A stretch of DNA of 64,000 bases from Octopus vulgaris (lineage: Eukaryota): positions 156,736,001 to 156,800,000 of the forward strand of contig OX597816.1 in assembly GCA_951406725.2 (NCBI GenBank), written 5' to 3'. The notes under the pieces are model-generated. The model did not search any database. It saw nothing but the letters and a program-made list of their open reading frames with translations, and was not told the origin of the DNA. The translations under genes were made by a program, and so were the position numbers. Numbering within the stretch: position 1 is the stretch's first letter; every line of letters starts with the position of its first letter. Positions 1-13,940 of the stretch are shown in pieces.

Positions 1-1718
1 TGAAATTCGGTTATCCGGAGTAAAATCATTGGTAACAAATTGAATACAAACTAACCAAGGAGGGTTACTTTTGCAGCTCCACTCGATCATTGCTCCCATG
101 GGGCGAGAACAACGGGAGAACAACAAAGTGAATATCATAAAAGATAATCTTTACTCTTTTACGTAAACAGACCCATCTTTACAATGTAATTCCATTCACT
201 CATGAAATCAATACAGCATCAATTACAAAATACTTTAGACTTTTCTACCATTATATACTTATTTCGCAGCACTCTTTGATGTATGACAAAATTGTTTTCG
301 TTCATATCAATTTCTTCATATTTATTTAGATGAATAACAATAGAGTACATGAGTTAAACACTTCGTATATTTAGTTTCATACATGTAAATCACGGGTTCA
401 AGTCTTGATGCGTCTAATTTTGTCTTTCATCCTTTCATCCTTTCAGAGTGGATAAGTATCAAAATAAAGCGTATTACTTGCACAATTCCCTCCACCCTGA
501 ACGTTTCCTAAATATTCATGAAGGAGGTGGCAGATATACGCAGACACGTGAAATTATTAAGAGGGAGGCAGGTATATGTAGAGATATAAAAATAAATAGA
601 TAGTTAGGTTCTTTGACAAATGAATAGAAGCAAAAATAAAGAACAAAAGAAAGAATGGAAGAAAGAATAAATGAAATTGATACAGAAGGAGACTAGGACA
701 CTGATGGACTGCAGATAGTAGAAAATGTTAGCTGGGTTTTTGGCAAAAAATAAATTAAAAAATAATAATTTGCGAGAATATGGTGGGTGGATGAGAGGAA
801 GTCTTTCCGAAAATAGTAGCTGTAAAACAGGAAAAACACCCTAAAAGCAGTAGAAATGCACGAACGATTATAGTGGTGCCGTGAAGTAAACGTGCTTCAG
901 ATACACTTATTTATTCATACGAACGTAACTGAGATGAAATATGTCATAAATAACAGTGACAAACGAAATATACACCGCCGATAGTTGTTGCTGACAAACA
1001 ACAGCAGTACCTTTATTCAGCTCAATAGACGTCATTGATTATTTGAAATTACCCGAATACGACAATGTGAACACGAAATATTTTCGAAAATACAAACTTT
1101 TTTCAACAATGCTAAGAGTAAAAGATGTTCTATATGAAACATTCTACCAGTATCCGAAGTTTGAAAGTGTTTAATTTAAAACATTTATTTATCGACCTGC
1201 CGATCAAAAGGAAAAGATCCCAACATTCTTCAAACTTTATCACAGAGAATACATAAGAAGCCTCGAATTACACTCTGACTCAGAGGGAAAAACCCAATTG
1301 TTTTATCTGTAAATTATATCCGTATCGTGCAGCTTAGTGAAGCCTGACCTAAAACGAGAATATTAACACGTGTATTATCTTTTACCATTTGTATTAAACA
1401 TATCTCCAACCTAGATTTATACAAGCGTTCATTATATATGGAATAGATTTAAAATATAGTCACATATAAATGTGAATATTTTATTAACACTGCATAAATC
1501 TTAAATTTAGAACTATTTAAATCATGATATATTTTGTAGAGATGTGACTGCTATTTGAAACAGAAACCTCAGAAATAAAACAAATTTTCATAAAACAAAG
1601 CGAAAAAGAAATACTAGTTGTTGAAATCGTACCCAACTGAGCGTACATTACACTGCCTTATAGGCCAACAGCTTCGACATCCATTCAGAGGGACTTTAAA
1701 AGCCAGGTACTACACTCT

Positions 1719-1947
1719 TAAGGCGGCGAGCTGGCAGAAACGTTAGCACGCAAGGTGAAATGCTTTGCAGTATTTCATCTGCCGCTACGTTCTGAGTTCA
1801 AATTCCGCCGAGGTCGACTTTGCCTTTCATCTTTTCGGGGTCGATAAAATAAGTACCAGTTACGCACTGGAGTCGATATAATCGACTTAATCCGTCTGTC
1901 TGTCTTTGTCTCCTCTGCGTTTAGCCTCTTGTGGGTAGAAAAGAAAT
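1719..1947 (+). mobile_element. tRNA-derived SINE, family A (MetaSINE-like central domain)
   Basis: tRNA-like head (GGCGGCGAGCTGGCAGAA...GAGTTCAAATTCC), central GACTTTGCCTTTCATCTTTTCGGGGTCGATAAAATAAGTACC, target-site duplication TACTACACTCT at 1708-1718 and 1951-1961; several other copies in the window. Confidence 0.85.
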
Positions 1948-4033
1948 AGCTACTACACTCTGTTCACAGCCAGTATATACTAGTAATTGCTGCATCACCA
2001 GCTCGAACATTTTTAATTTCATCTTTCGGCAGACCAGCAAATTAAACGGTCACGTTATAATAGAGCAATTCAAATGATTGTATACAGACGGTAACAATTC
2101 AGCTACAATACAATAGCTTTCTATAGCTTTACTGTTCACTTATCAGCTATAATACAATACCTTTCTCCATGTATGCAGTTCATTTATCGACCACGATTCA
2201 ACAGCCGGAATATAATTTGTCTCCTTCTATGCAGCTCATATGCCTGGATCAACAGGAACGAATATGATAGCTTCTTTGTATGTAACTTTTCAATCAGTTA
2301 ATCTTAAATATTTGTTTAATATTTTCTATAATTACAATTACAAAGAAATTATTCGCTCTAAACTTTGTGTCGCCCGAAAAGAATATGCAATTTCACATAT
2401 GTGAAATTCTTTGGTTGCAGCATTTGAATTAGCAGAAAAGACTTTATGCAAACATTGAAATACATCCCTTTCGTGACGTTTGTAATTTTAAACTATGTTA
2501 ATTTTTCTGATTGAACACCTGTTAATTCTCTATCAATCTGTATTCGCAATCTTTGGTAAGAACACGTGCTGTTTACTATTTGTAGCAACTTTATTACAAG
2601 GCCTGTGGTGTTTTTCAAGGTTCTTGAATAATTCTGAAAAAATAAAAGCGTCATATCAAATTGCCGAAAACGATTATATAATTTTAGAAAGCAATGAAGA
2701 AAAATGGAAACGTTTCCTCGCGAACATTAAAAGATTTTTTGATGGATCAAATGTTCGTTTCGTTCATGACTGATAATACAAACTGAGTTTTAAACATGAT
2801 AAAATCCTACACTGGGGAATCGAATTCCCCCTCTGTCACACATAAGATACATTGTATGTCGACCCGTAGGTATACTCAGCTAGTAAAAATAAATTAGAAT
2901 TACAGCATTCTTCCTAACATAAGACGAATACAGTATTATTTAAAATTCTGGCACACTCTGCCGAAAATATATTGTAAATATGTGACAATTACGATGCATG
3001 AAATAGAATTAAACTAACGTTTTTAGCTGAAGCATAAATTTCATATACGTGTTGCCTGTCCCCGTTAAAATTTGTCCTCGTTCTTCTTATTATACAAATA
3101 CACATTTACTACAAGCGAGAATTTTTTCTTTTACCATATGAATTGAAATCCAAAGGTCATTCCTCCAGTTATGGAAACTCATTTGTGTCTACTGTTAAAA
3201 AGCAAGTCCTAAAGAGACATCGGCATTCTACAATCTCTACAACCCCATTACAATCAGAGTGTAAACTGAATAACAGTTTTATATCGCATCATATAAAGTT
3301 AATACATAAAACTGCACATTTTTAATGTAATCTCTGTGGCCGGATACTCTACTGCACAGGCTTTAAGATTTGTAAGATCATACAAAATCGCTTCTCATTT
3401 TCTGGATAACTGTTCCTCATTCAGAATATTTTAATCATTTTTTAAAATCTGTTGTATTATATCTCCATTATCTACACTTTCAAAATTGGAATCGCTACTG
3501 GAAAGCACGTTAATTGTAGATTCTAGTTAGAATAAAAATCGCACTTGGTTTCTTATTCAAGACACGTTCACTACAAGAAAGATGTAACTCAAAGAGGGCA
3601 ACTATAATATTAAACTACACAAGCTAACGCTGATCACCAGCTGTCGAAATTGAAGTGAAGATCGGCCACAGGGTTTCAATATCTCAATTTGAACAACGTA
3701 ACTCCTAATGACAAGAACTCTTCATAAATCAGATATCATTAAAGCTATTTGGGAGAATCCCGAATATCTAACTCTTCATGGACCAACATGAATTTGTAAC
3801 CGAGTTATATGTCTAAATTTGTAACACTCATTATCAATATTAAATTTAACATTTCTTATATCAGAAAGAGAAGGGAAAGGAAATACTAAAACTGCTGCTT
3901 ATACATCAAGGTCGTAGCATAAAAGGTATTTTATTGTGGGAGAATGAGGAGTGCTTTATATATTGAAGTTGAATGAGATAGTATGTTGATGGCGTTTAGT
4001 TAATGTAAAAGAGTTATTAACTATGAACTATCT

Positions 4034-4268
4034 TATTTCTTTATTGCCCACAAGGGGCTACACACAGATGGGGACAAACAAGGACAGGAAAACGGATAAA
4101 GTCAATCTGATCGACGTCAGTGCGTAACTGATACTTATTTAATCGACCCCGAAAAGATGAAAGGCAAAGTCAACCTCGGCGGAATTTGAACTCAGAACGT
4201 AGCGGCAGACGAAATACTGCTAAGTATTTCGTCCGGCGTGCTAACGATTCTGCCAGCGCATCGCCTTT
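4034..4268 (-). mobile_element. SINE family A copy
   Basis: Reverse complement of the 1719-1947 element; TSD TATGAACTATCT at 4022-4033 and 4273-4284. Confidence 0.85.
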
Positions 4269-4929
4269 TAATTATGAACTATCTGCAATGGCTTTACAGC
4301 GAACTAGGAAATAAGAAGGGTGGAGAAAATGTGGATTATGGTGGAAACTGAAGACATATATGGAGAAATAGATGGTAAATCCAAAATTATCAAACAATAC
4401 ACTTCAAGATGTAGCAAACAATTACATGTCTGTATGTATGTGTGAATGTGTGTGTACATATGTATGTATGTGTGCTTGTATGTACGTGTGCTTGTATGTA
4501 TGTGTGTGTGTGTGGAGTCTATGTGTCTTTCAAAACTTGTTCGTTTCCATCTCATAGATCATAACGCTGAAATCCATTAATCCTCTCCGACATATCTCAT
4601 TGGTCACTTCAGACATTTTCAAAAGTATATATAACTTGACATATAAACTGCTCACTCTGAGAAGATTTGTGTCCTCTGTAGATTTATTAATTTATGGCCA
4701 TATACTGAGATGATATACTGCGGTAGATACCATGAGAGAAAACCTTACATTGGCTTTTGGAGCAAAATACACACTTGTTTATATCGTTAGCGGCGAAGCA
4801 GTTCCCCGCCACCTCCAGCACCGAGACCAATAACAAAAGATCCCATTTCAAACAAACATTGCTCGAGATAGAAAATGAAGTCAAACACGCCAATGAAGTG
4901 GAAAGAGCAGAAAAGGAAGCCGGAGTATC

Positions 4930-5880
4930 AAAAATATTGTGACAAACCCTAATGCCTTTTAATCTGCTTCAGTACGGTACAAAATTGGGCCACTATTCTA
5001 CGAAAATGGCGCACCGACTGTAGATCTCCAGTGGATTAGTGAAAGAAATGCAACGGGACTCTAGCAAGATTGCATTAGATTCTCTTTCGAAGCTTCTTCG
5101 CAACTGGGAGACTTCTCGAAAAGGTAAAGGAAGGTATGATATGCCCTACCCATAAGGGAGGTAGCAGAGCAGATGGTACAAATTATAGACCTGTATCTCT
5201 ACTTTATTCACATGTCAGCAAAGTCATGGAACAGATTTTTCAGGAAGAAACTACTTGCGTTCCTTGAAGATAATGACATGGTTCCTGACACCCAGCATGG
5301 CTTTCGCTCAGTAAGAAAGTGCCTGACACAGATTTTTCAGCATAATTACTGGATATTGAAACAATTAATGAATCGCTTAAATATGGATGTTATATATCTG
5401 GTCTTTCCAAAGTCCTTTCATAAGGTTGAGCATTGGATGATATGTCACAAACTACGGAGACTTAGAAAAACATGGAATATCTGAGAGTGGTTGCATGAAT
5501 TCTTAAAAGACAGAAGTCAGGATGTAGCAGCCAACGGACCACTCCCAAAGGAGACAGTAATAGAAAGTGGTGTACCTCAGAGAACTGTATTGGGACCACT
5601 GCTGTTCAAGATGGCTCTTTCAGACATGCCACCAGTTCCACAGACAGCCACACTTAGTAGCTATGCCGATGACACAAAAGTAGTATAAACAGTCAAAGAA
5701 CATTCTAATGCTAATCTTCTACAGAAAGACTTAGATGCCATATATAAATGGGCTGAGCACAACTGCATGCAATTTAATGCAGGTAAATTCCAAGCCCTCC
5801 ACTACCAGTGAATTGGTGCTCAGGACTCACAGCAATGATAGTTTGGACCAAAAGTAGCAGCAATCCCAGAAGCACATACG
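4930..5880 (+). pseudogene. Decayed non-LTR retrotransposon RT fragment (CR1/L2/Jockey-group)
   Basis: Broken frames give QHGFRSVRKCLTQ, DVIYLVFPKSFHKVEH, SGVPQRTVLGPLLF, SYADDTKV; stops and frameshifts; boundaries approximate. Confidence 0.8.
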
Positions 5881-7504
5881 GTGACAAAATCACTAGATTT
5901 ACACCGTAATTCACATACTTTTAACGACGACTTCAAATAATACATAACACACCATTTTATATAGGCATACATATACATATATAAAGGTGATATTCTATTG
6001 TTTTTGCGTCCAAGATATATTAAACGTTTAAACAATTACATATTTTGCGATGTATATACGAAACAAAATTTAATCATTAGATATATATTATAGTCTATTT
6101 ATTCACTCGCCAACCTCGCATTGTTTTGTAGAATAATTTTGTTGTATATGAAGTCTACTTAACACACAATTATTATTTTATCCAATCGTATTGACATAAT
6201 GTCGTGTTGTCCTCAATCTAAGAGCAACATGTTGTAAATCAGAGTATCTGAGTGAATGAAATTTGTGGTAAAATCGGATTAGCGACATAGTACACCATCA
6301 ACGTAGAATACGTATATATGTTGTACCTTCCTAATTCTGTTTATTTGTCTCCATTTAATTCAGTCGCATTTCTTCTTGTCTTTATTGAATCATTTGTACA
6401 GAAACTTTCACTGATATTGTTTTCTTTATATATTCTATACCTTCCCTCCGCGTTTTAATTCTCTAATGCAAAACAAATATTTCTGGTTATATATTATTTT
6501 CTTCGTGATATTCTTTACATTAATTCAATCTATGTCTCCTATATATGACTTGATGTAATATTTTCAGTAGTGATCGATCTCATCTGTATTTTAAGACATA
6601 TAACCCAGGTGCTTACTTCTATACAATACACTCTTCTTATTTGAATAAATAACCTCTTCTTATTTGAATAAATCGTTGTTATATTTCCTGGAAAATGATG
6701 GCTCACTAAAGACTTAGTTTAAACACAGAGGCCAAATACAGGCATTTTTATAGTATATTATATAATTATTTCTATCAAGCAACGTTATTAGCCATTTTCC
6801 CCATTAACGGCAGGGTTCCTCGTGCGTTTGCCTAACGGTATTCACATTTCTTGTTTGGATGCCTTTTATTTACAACGCTTAATATCTGAGATGGATCACC
6901 CATGAAGCAATCTCTTGCAATTTTTCTAAGTATATTGTAGAAGAATGATATGAGCGTTTTTCCAGTTATATGAACTCTTTCTCTTTCAGTTTCTAATACG
7001 ATTGCTGCTTACCAAAGAACATAAACTTCATGACGGAATGAAACATTTTTATTTGGTTTAAATCTCTCCCTGCAAAAATTATGTGACACCAAAGAAACCT
7101 TCAACTTTTCATTGAGTTTCAAATACTTTATTGTCATATAGTCTGAAGCTGGTTACATGGTGTGAGTGGGATTTTAATGCAGAAGTGTTAGATTTCATTA
7201 TTACTGATATCCCTGTGAGAGTGATAAAAGACAGGGAACGTGGAGTCTAAAGTAAATGCAATCATTTCCTTCAGGCTGACGATGGAGCAGAGGTTGTCCT
7301 TATAAACATAGTGGTTGAGCAATTTCAATCGCATAGTGAATAATTGTGGGGCTTATATGTAAGATATGGCAAGTTGCATCAAGATTAGCACAAAGTCTAT
7401 TGATATTGAAGAGAAACGATAATGTTCTAGAGGTTTTAAGTCTGTATTTGAGGTTTTAAGGAAGGGACGAAGGACAACGCAGTTCAATTAAAAGTCATGA
7501 TATC

Positions 7505-7563
7505 CACAGTCACAATTTTGTTTCCTATGGTTACAGGGCTTTTACGCTCCTCATCAGACTGTG
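7505..7563 (-). ncRNA. Degenerate type-I hammerhead ribozyme motif
   Basis: Minus strand CACAGT-CTGATGA-...-GAAA-CAAAATTG-TG-ACTGTG: 6-bp stem I and both core boxes present, but G at position 17 and stem II does not close. Confidence 0.5.
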
Positions 7564-8352
7564 TATGAGTGTCGGTTTTTATGTGGTTGCCGCAGCTAAG
7601 ATACAGGGTTCGCTTCTTTACCTGTTAGCAGTATCGGCTTTGACAAGAAACAAAATTGTATGTTTCTTTCTTTCTTTTTCTTTTCTCATAGTCATTATTT
7701 ATGTATACCAAAGTCCAGGGATACCAATCACAGGTCTTTATTTTTTTTATATACGTAGAAGAAAACCAATAAGTCGACCTGAAGGACAACATTACCCCAC
7801 GCACCATCAGGTGGCGCATGGTAGAACGATCCACGACATACGTTAATGGATCAAAGTGGTAAGAGCTTTTTTTATAACCGGTATAATTTATATCCTTTCT
7901 AAATCTAACAACTCCACTAACCTAGGGAATTCTAGACTATAGATTTTCACTAAATGCAATCATCTCAATATGATTGTATTATCGAAGGGGAAAATACCAC
8001 TCTCTCCAGAGTAAGAATGGAGTCTCGCACACTTTAACCTTTCGCTGCTGAATAAACAACACCAAGAATCGTTAATTCTAACGGGCGAAAGGGGCACCTC
8101 TTCTCGACTTTCATTCCATATTTTTACTCTCGTTCTTTTGTTTATTTACATTTTCCCTCTTGTTCTTTCTTATTCCTCTTCACATTTTATCAGAGAAGAA
8201 GCGTGTTTTATTTTGAATCTCACTGAGTGACGCATACACATGGGTACACTATACAAACTCGTCCGATCATTATGCTATCAGATCTATGAACTTATAGTTG
8301 CTCATATTTGTATCTTGTGTATGTTAAGTGATATTTGTCTCTCACTTGATGT

Positions 8353-8673
8353 AGGTGCGTAGCTTAGTCATTAAGGTATTGCGCTCACGCCGACCTTGCG
8401 GTCGTGAGTTCTATTCTCGGTGATACATTGTGTCCTTGAGCAAGACGTTTATTTCCCGTTGTTTCCGGTCCACTCAGCTGGCAAAAATGAGTTGTACGTG
8501 TAATTCAAAGGGCCAGCATTGTCACATTATGTCTCACGCTGAATCTCAATGAGAACTTTGTTAATGGTCCTCATGTCTGGAGTTCTTGGCGACTTGCACA
8601 TTAATTTAACAAGCAAGTTGTTCCGTTCATAGGATCAACTTGAATATGCATATTGTAGTAACCGATGCAGTGC
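8353..8673 (+). mobile_element. tRNA-derived SINE, family C-related (decayed)
   Basis: tRNA-like head, then TTGTGTCCTTGAGCAAG...CACTCAGCTG shared with 32205-32549; 3' half homologous to 10722-11040. Confidence 0.7.
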
Positions 8674-8679
8674 AAGGTT

Positions 8680-8733
<54 letters not shown>

Positions 8734-8828
8734 TCGCCATACTAATATTAATTTCCAGTAACGCTGTCGTAATCTCCTTTAGAGAGACTTAGTAATGTTA
8801 ATATTTCTATATATATATATATAATATT

Positions 8829-9005
8829 TTACTCTTTACTCCTTTACTTGTTTCAGTCATTTGACTGCGGATATGCTGGAGCACCGCCTTTAGTCGAGGA
8901 AATCGACCCCAGGACTTAGTAGAAGTCACTTGCCCAAGGTGCCACGCAATAGGACTGAACCCGGCTGGTAAGCAAGCTACTTACCATACAACCACTCCTG
9001 CGCCT
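8829..9005 (-). mobile_element. SINE family B copy with internal deletion
   Basis: 5' and 3' ends match the full-length 42351-42760 copy; the middle is missing. Confidence 0.8.
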
Positions 9006-10043
9006 ATATATATGCGCATACACACATACTCATATGTATATATATTTGGTACATTGTTAATGGCTTCAGCTTCGCATTCACTTGAAATATGCAGTATCGT
9101 GACACACAAATAAACACACTATCGCAACCTGCCAGTACAATGAGAAAAATAAATTTGATTTCACAGGTTACCAGTGAAACCGAGACATACTATAAATGAA
9201 TTATCCTACTGCTAGTAGGATAATCACTTCTTCATTTTTGACAAATTACTAGTACTGATAAACTATGCGTAAAGCACTAAACGTTGTCGATTTGTACTTT
9301 TCCTTTTATTTCTCATCAACATTTAGTGTTGTGATATGCAGTGACATATGGAGTGGAGCTTAGTTACATTTCTGTTATTGTCACGCAATCAACTCTGGCC
9401 AAAAACGGATTTCAAACTTAATGCAATGCTTTATTCTCATCTGTTTTATCATGTCTAAGATTTGACACGTAATATAATGTTACAGTGAAATAAATGTCTC
9501 ACATTGTGAAAGATTCATTTTTACCATTCAAGGACACGCAAAATCTCTTATATTTAGTTGTCGCCTGTTTCCTAAGAGTGCACTCTATTATAAATGTCGG
9601 AAATACAGTCAAAGTTCTGCGACGTGGTCGCTGTCAAACACAAAGAACGACAAAGAATAAAATGAATGGACTGTTTTGGTGGTCAACGGCCCTGGAGATG
9701 TGATTGCTTTGATTAAGGTTGTAAAAATGCAAATATTTACAAGTAATAAAGTTTTTCGAAATGTCAAAGCTCCCTATGTCGGTTATGCATTATCATCTCT
9801 TGTTATCATAACCGTGCTGAGTTATGTATAAAGAAATTATGAAAAACGCCTGGAAATAATGAGGTACTTTTAAGAGAAAACATAATAAAAGATTGTAGTT
9901 AAAATATCCTGAAACCTATTGGAAGATATTTTTTTTGTTTTCACAGGATAATCTATCGACGAGTCCTGGACCGAGAGACAAAATTTCACATATGGTCGCA
10001 AGGTTTTTGAAACACAAATATAAGATAACACATGTATCCCTGT

Positions 10044-10095
<52 letters not shown>

Positions 10096-10721
10096 CACGA
10101 GATTCTTTCTCTTTTAATATTTTACTTGATGCATTCATTAGTGTGCAGCAATGCTGACACGCTGGTTTAAAATACTTAGCCGATAAAGTCGCGTGCAGTA
10201 CTAATTGCGTGCCAGGTGGTTACTTTAACTGTCAATTCATGCCGCAGCGATATGATACGTGAGCGTAAACAAAAAAGACCGGTTTTTAATCGGTGAGAAA
10301 CAAACACACGCACATTTCTGTATAAATACACAAACACATATGTACGTATGTATATATGTCTGTAGACGAAAAGGTTCCGCATAATTTTCATCCACCAAAT
10401 TCACTCACAATGCATTGATTACATGGGGCTTAATACAAGTCGCTACTGCGAATTACTGCACAGCGGAAGTCAACCCAGCACCAAACTATGTGGCCACATT
10501 CTTAGTCACACACTGATACCTACGCCCAAATAAAAGAATATCTTACAATGACTGAAATGAACACATTTCATCACTGACATACAGTTGCTTAAAATTGTCT
10601 TGACTCAAATGATGAACCCTAGTTGGTTTGTTTATGACCGGCTGGAATTTTGAAAATTATAACATATCTTACATAAAACAGGTTTACACATATACATATA
10701 TACATATATACAACTAAAGGA

Positions 10722-11040
10722 GAACTCCGTCGGTTACGACGACGAGGGTCTCAGCTGAAACGATCAACAGAACAGCCTGCTCGTGAACTAATGTGCAAGT
10801 GGTTCAGTATTCCACAGAAACGTGTACCCTAAACGTAGTTCTCAGAGCGATTCAGCGTGACATAGAGTGTGACAAGACTGGCCCTTTAAAATACTGTTAC
10901 CACTCATATTTCCCAGCTGGACGGTAGTAACGTGAAAATAAAGTGTCTTGCACAAGAACACAACACGTCGTCGGGAATTCAAATCACGACCTTGCGATCT
11001 TGAGCCAACTGTCCTAACCACAAAGCCACGCGCGTTTCCT
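10722..11040 (-). mobile_element. tRNA-derived SINE, family C-related
   Basis: Reverse complement homologous to 8353-8673 (AAAGGGCCAG...TGTCACA...CACGCTGAATC...GAGAAC). Confidence 0.7.
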
Positions 11041-12184
11041 ATATGCAACTATATAACAAAAAGTACATACATATGGCAATGCATTCACTTGTAGATAAGG
11101 TAGTTTCACAAGAAGAGCTAATTATGTTTCGATGTCTGAATTTTATATCTCTGACATGTGTCTAAGTCTCACTGGCTAGACTTGTTGATTTCAAATATAC
11201 ATATATTGAAATACATATAATCGTATCTATGAGGTTATGATGACGATCACTATGGCTGTGAACTTATACAGATACACTATGATGTAAATCAACAGACAGC
11301 ATTGAGGAATATGTTGATTTATTCCTATGCAGAGTTTGTTTATATTTAGGTATGTATGGAAGTATATGTACAGAGATTGTATGACAATGGTATTTGTTAT
11401 CTTCACACGCACAGGCGCATGCACTCACATACAGACGCGTGTACTCATCCACATATATATATATATATGTATATATGTATGTGTGTTCATATTTAGACTT
11501 CAATTGAATATATGCGATGTTATTTGTAAGGTGCAATCCATAGTTCACAGGTCGATAGAGATCATTTTTCTACTGTCTTCAGTAGTGTATATAACATCAG
11601 GATATATATGCTATTTCCGCCATTTGAATAACCTCAGATTATTTGATTTTTATCTTATCAGTATACATATGTATATATACATACATACGTACACACACAC
11701 ACACACACACACACACATATTTATCAATGTTTATATCTGTGTGACTGAGTGAATAAATGTGAGTGTGCGAATATCTTAGAGTTCATGTTTGTTTGTGTGT
11801 GTATACTTCTTTTTTATCTATTCGTAAGATGTTCACCTTTTACTTTTTAACATTTTATTTTGGTTTTGGCCTTATATTTTCACTGCTTCATTCCTTTTTT
11901 ATTTATTTTTTTTTTTTTTGGCTGTTGATTATTATAGCATTCACATAAATGTCATATCCTTTGGAATATCAACGTACATTTCTTTAAAAAGAAAAAAACA
12001 AGAGAAACGGCCATTTTGTTAAATAACACGCTACCTAAAATACTCACTACTTTTCCTATCGCCATTTTGTTTCGTTGGACTGATTAAAATCTAAAATATG
12101 TATGGAAAATGCAGCTGTTTATCTGGAAAGACTGGGATAGAAATAGAGAAATATGTTACAATATCTTAGCAATGATTAAATATC

Positions 12185-12641
12185 TGAAAAATATAAGCCA
12201 AAACTTAACCATTTCTAGCAATTTAAAATAAGGAAACTTACTGTGCTGAAAAAATATAAAGCAAAAATTAACCACTTCTAACAATCTATTATTTCTTACC
12301 AAATCATGTTAAATTAATGAAACCTTTTTCAATTTTTTCCCTTATACCAAAAAATTCCTGATTACCTTCCCCTGTCTGGAACTCTCATACTTCACATCAT
12401 ATAGAAGGGAAGACACAATATCGGTAAAGAAATTTGAGAAATTTGAAAAGAAAACCGGTTACTTCTCCAAAGACAATGCTACTTTACACAAAAGTTTACA
12501 AAATTGTATAACATTTTCCTAACAAAACGATTTGAATATATTCTTTAACCTTATAACACAAGTTTTCTGTAGTTTTTTTCACTTTATTTTTGTCTTTTAT
12601 ACAACCAACCACGTGCTTTCACATACCAACTCTCTCACCTA
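12185..12641 (+). mobile_element. 5'-truncated Penelope-like element 3' remnant
   Basis: Encodes EKYKPKLNHF* (a second degenerate copy KKYKAKINHF* follows), matching the PLE C-terminus KYKPLLN; collapsed HHR at 12436-12467 (GAGAAAT-TTGAAAA-GAAAA-CCGG-TT-ACTTCTC); terminus homologous to 43549-43657; ends at a TA tract. Confidence 0.65.
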
Positions 12642-12668
12642 TGTATATATATATACATATATAGATAA

Positions 12669-12756
<88 letters not shown>

Positions 12757-12784
12757 GTATATGTATTTATATGTATATCTTTCT

Positions 12785-12979
12785 TTGTCTGTGTTTGTCG
12801 CCAACATCGCTTGACAGCCGATGCTGGTGTGTTTTCGTCCTCGTAATCTACCCGTTCAGCAAAAGAAACCCATAGAATAAGTACGAGGCTTAGAAAGAAT
12901 AAGTTCTGGGGTTGATTTGGTCGACTAAAGGCTGTGCTCCAGAGTGGCCGCACTCAAATTACTGAAAATAATGAAAGAA
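12785..12979 (+). mobile_element. SINE family B 3' half
   Basis: Matches 42560-42760. Confidence 0.75.
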
Positions 12980-13011
12980 TATATATATATATATATATGC
13001 TTTTAAGTGAT

Positions 13012-13140
13012 AAAACTTTCAGGTTCAAACCAGAGGTGGAATTAGCTTTCAAAGATTTCTTACCATGAAAGCCAATAAGTTTTTATCAACGAGACATAAA
13101 TAATCTCGTTGATCAATGGCAAAGATGCATAGAAGTTCGC
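13012..13140 (+). pseudogene. Mariner transposase C-terminal fragment
   Basis: Translates KTFRFKPEVELAFKDFLP*KPISFYQRDINNLVDQWQRCIEV, resembling the mariner C-terminal motif FY..GI..L..RW..C. Confidence 0.7.
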
Positions 13141-13654
13141 AGACTAATTTAAACATTTCTATTGTTCTTTTTCGGCCATTGTCCGTGCAACATCTATATT
13201 CCTCCGTGTGCTCGTGAAATCCTGTATCCCTGCCGTAAGGCTTTATTTCCACACACGTCAGCTTAATTTAATTCGTCCTTAGTCGAAAGCCACCTGTTGT
13301 TATATCCTGTTATATGTATTTGTGTAACTTTCTCCGTTATTTTTTCTGTCCTTGTTTTCGTATACATTTGCTACTCTCTTCCAAGGAATCTAATGCACTT
13401 ATTTTAGTTTTCCCTTGGGGCTGGCTAGATTTGGAGCAATCTCGAGTAAAACCAACCGAAATTGCATAGTTAATCTGGAACTTGACTGAGGAAAGAAAAC
13501 TCCGAATGCCCCGTCCTTGTTTTGTTTGTATCGTCTATCTGAATGTTTTTGTTGTCCTTTTTTTGTATCACCTAACTGCCTAGATGTTTTGCGTTCTTGT
13601 CCCATTTTGCATTATATATATATTATATATATATAGCGAGAGAGAGAGAGAGAC

Positions 13655-13940
13655 ATGTGGTGTGGTAAGACGCTTGTTTCCCAACCACATGTTTCAGGGT
13701 TCAGCTCTACTGCAACGTCTACTATAGCCTCAGGTCGGACAAATCTTTGTCAGTGGATTTGGAAGACGGAAACTGAAAGAATCTCATCGTATACATATAT
13801 GTGTCTGTGTTTATATGTGTGTCTCTGTTTGTCCCACTTCCACTGCTTGTCAATCGATGTTGGCTTGTTTATGTCCCAAGCCGTTCCGCAAAAGAGACCG
13901 ATATAATAAATATTAGGCTTACAAAAAATAAGTCTCCTGG
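13655..13940 (+). mobile_element. SINE family B copy (decayed)
   Basis: GTGGTAAG...GTGGATTTGG.AGACGGAAACTGAAAGAA...AAAAGAGACCGAT as in 42351-42760. Confidence 0.7.

Noticed and set aside
900-1340. Segment that looks like a DNA-transposon/MITE interior
   Set aside because: No TIR pair or second copy in the window to support it
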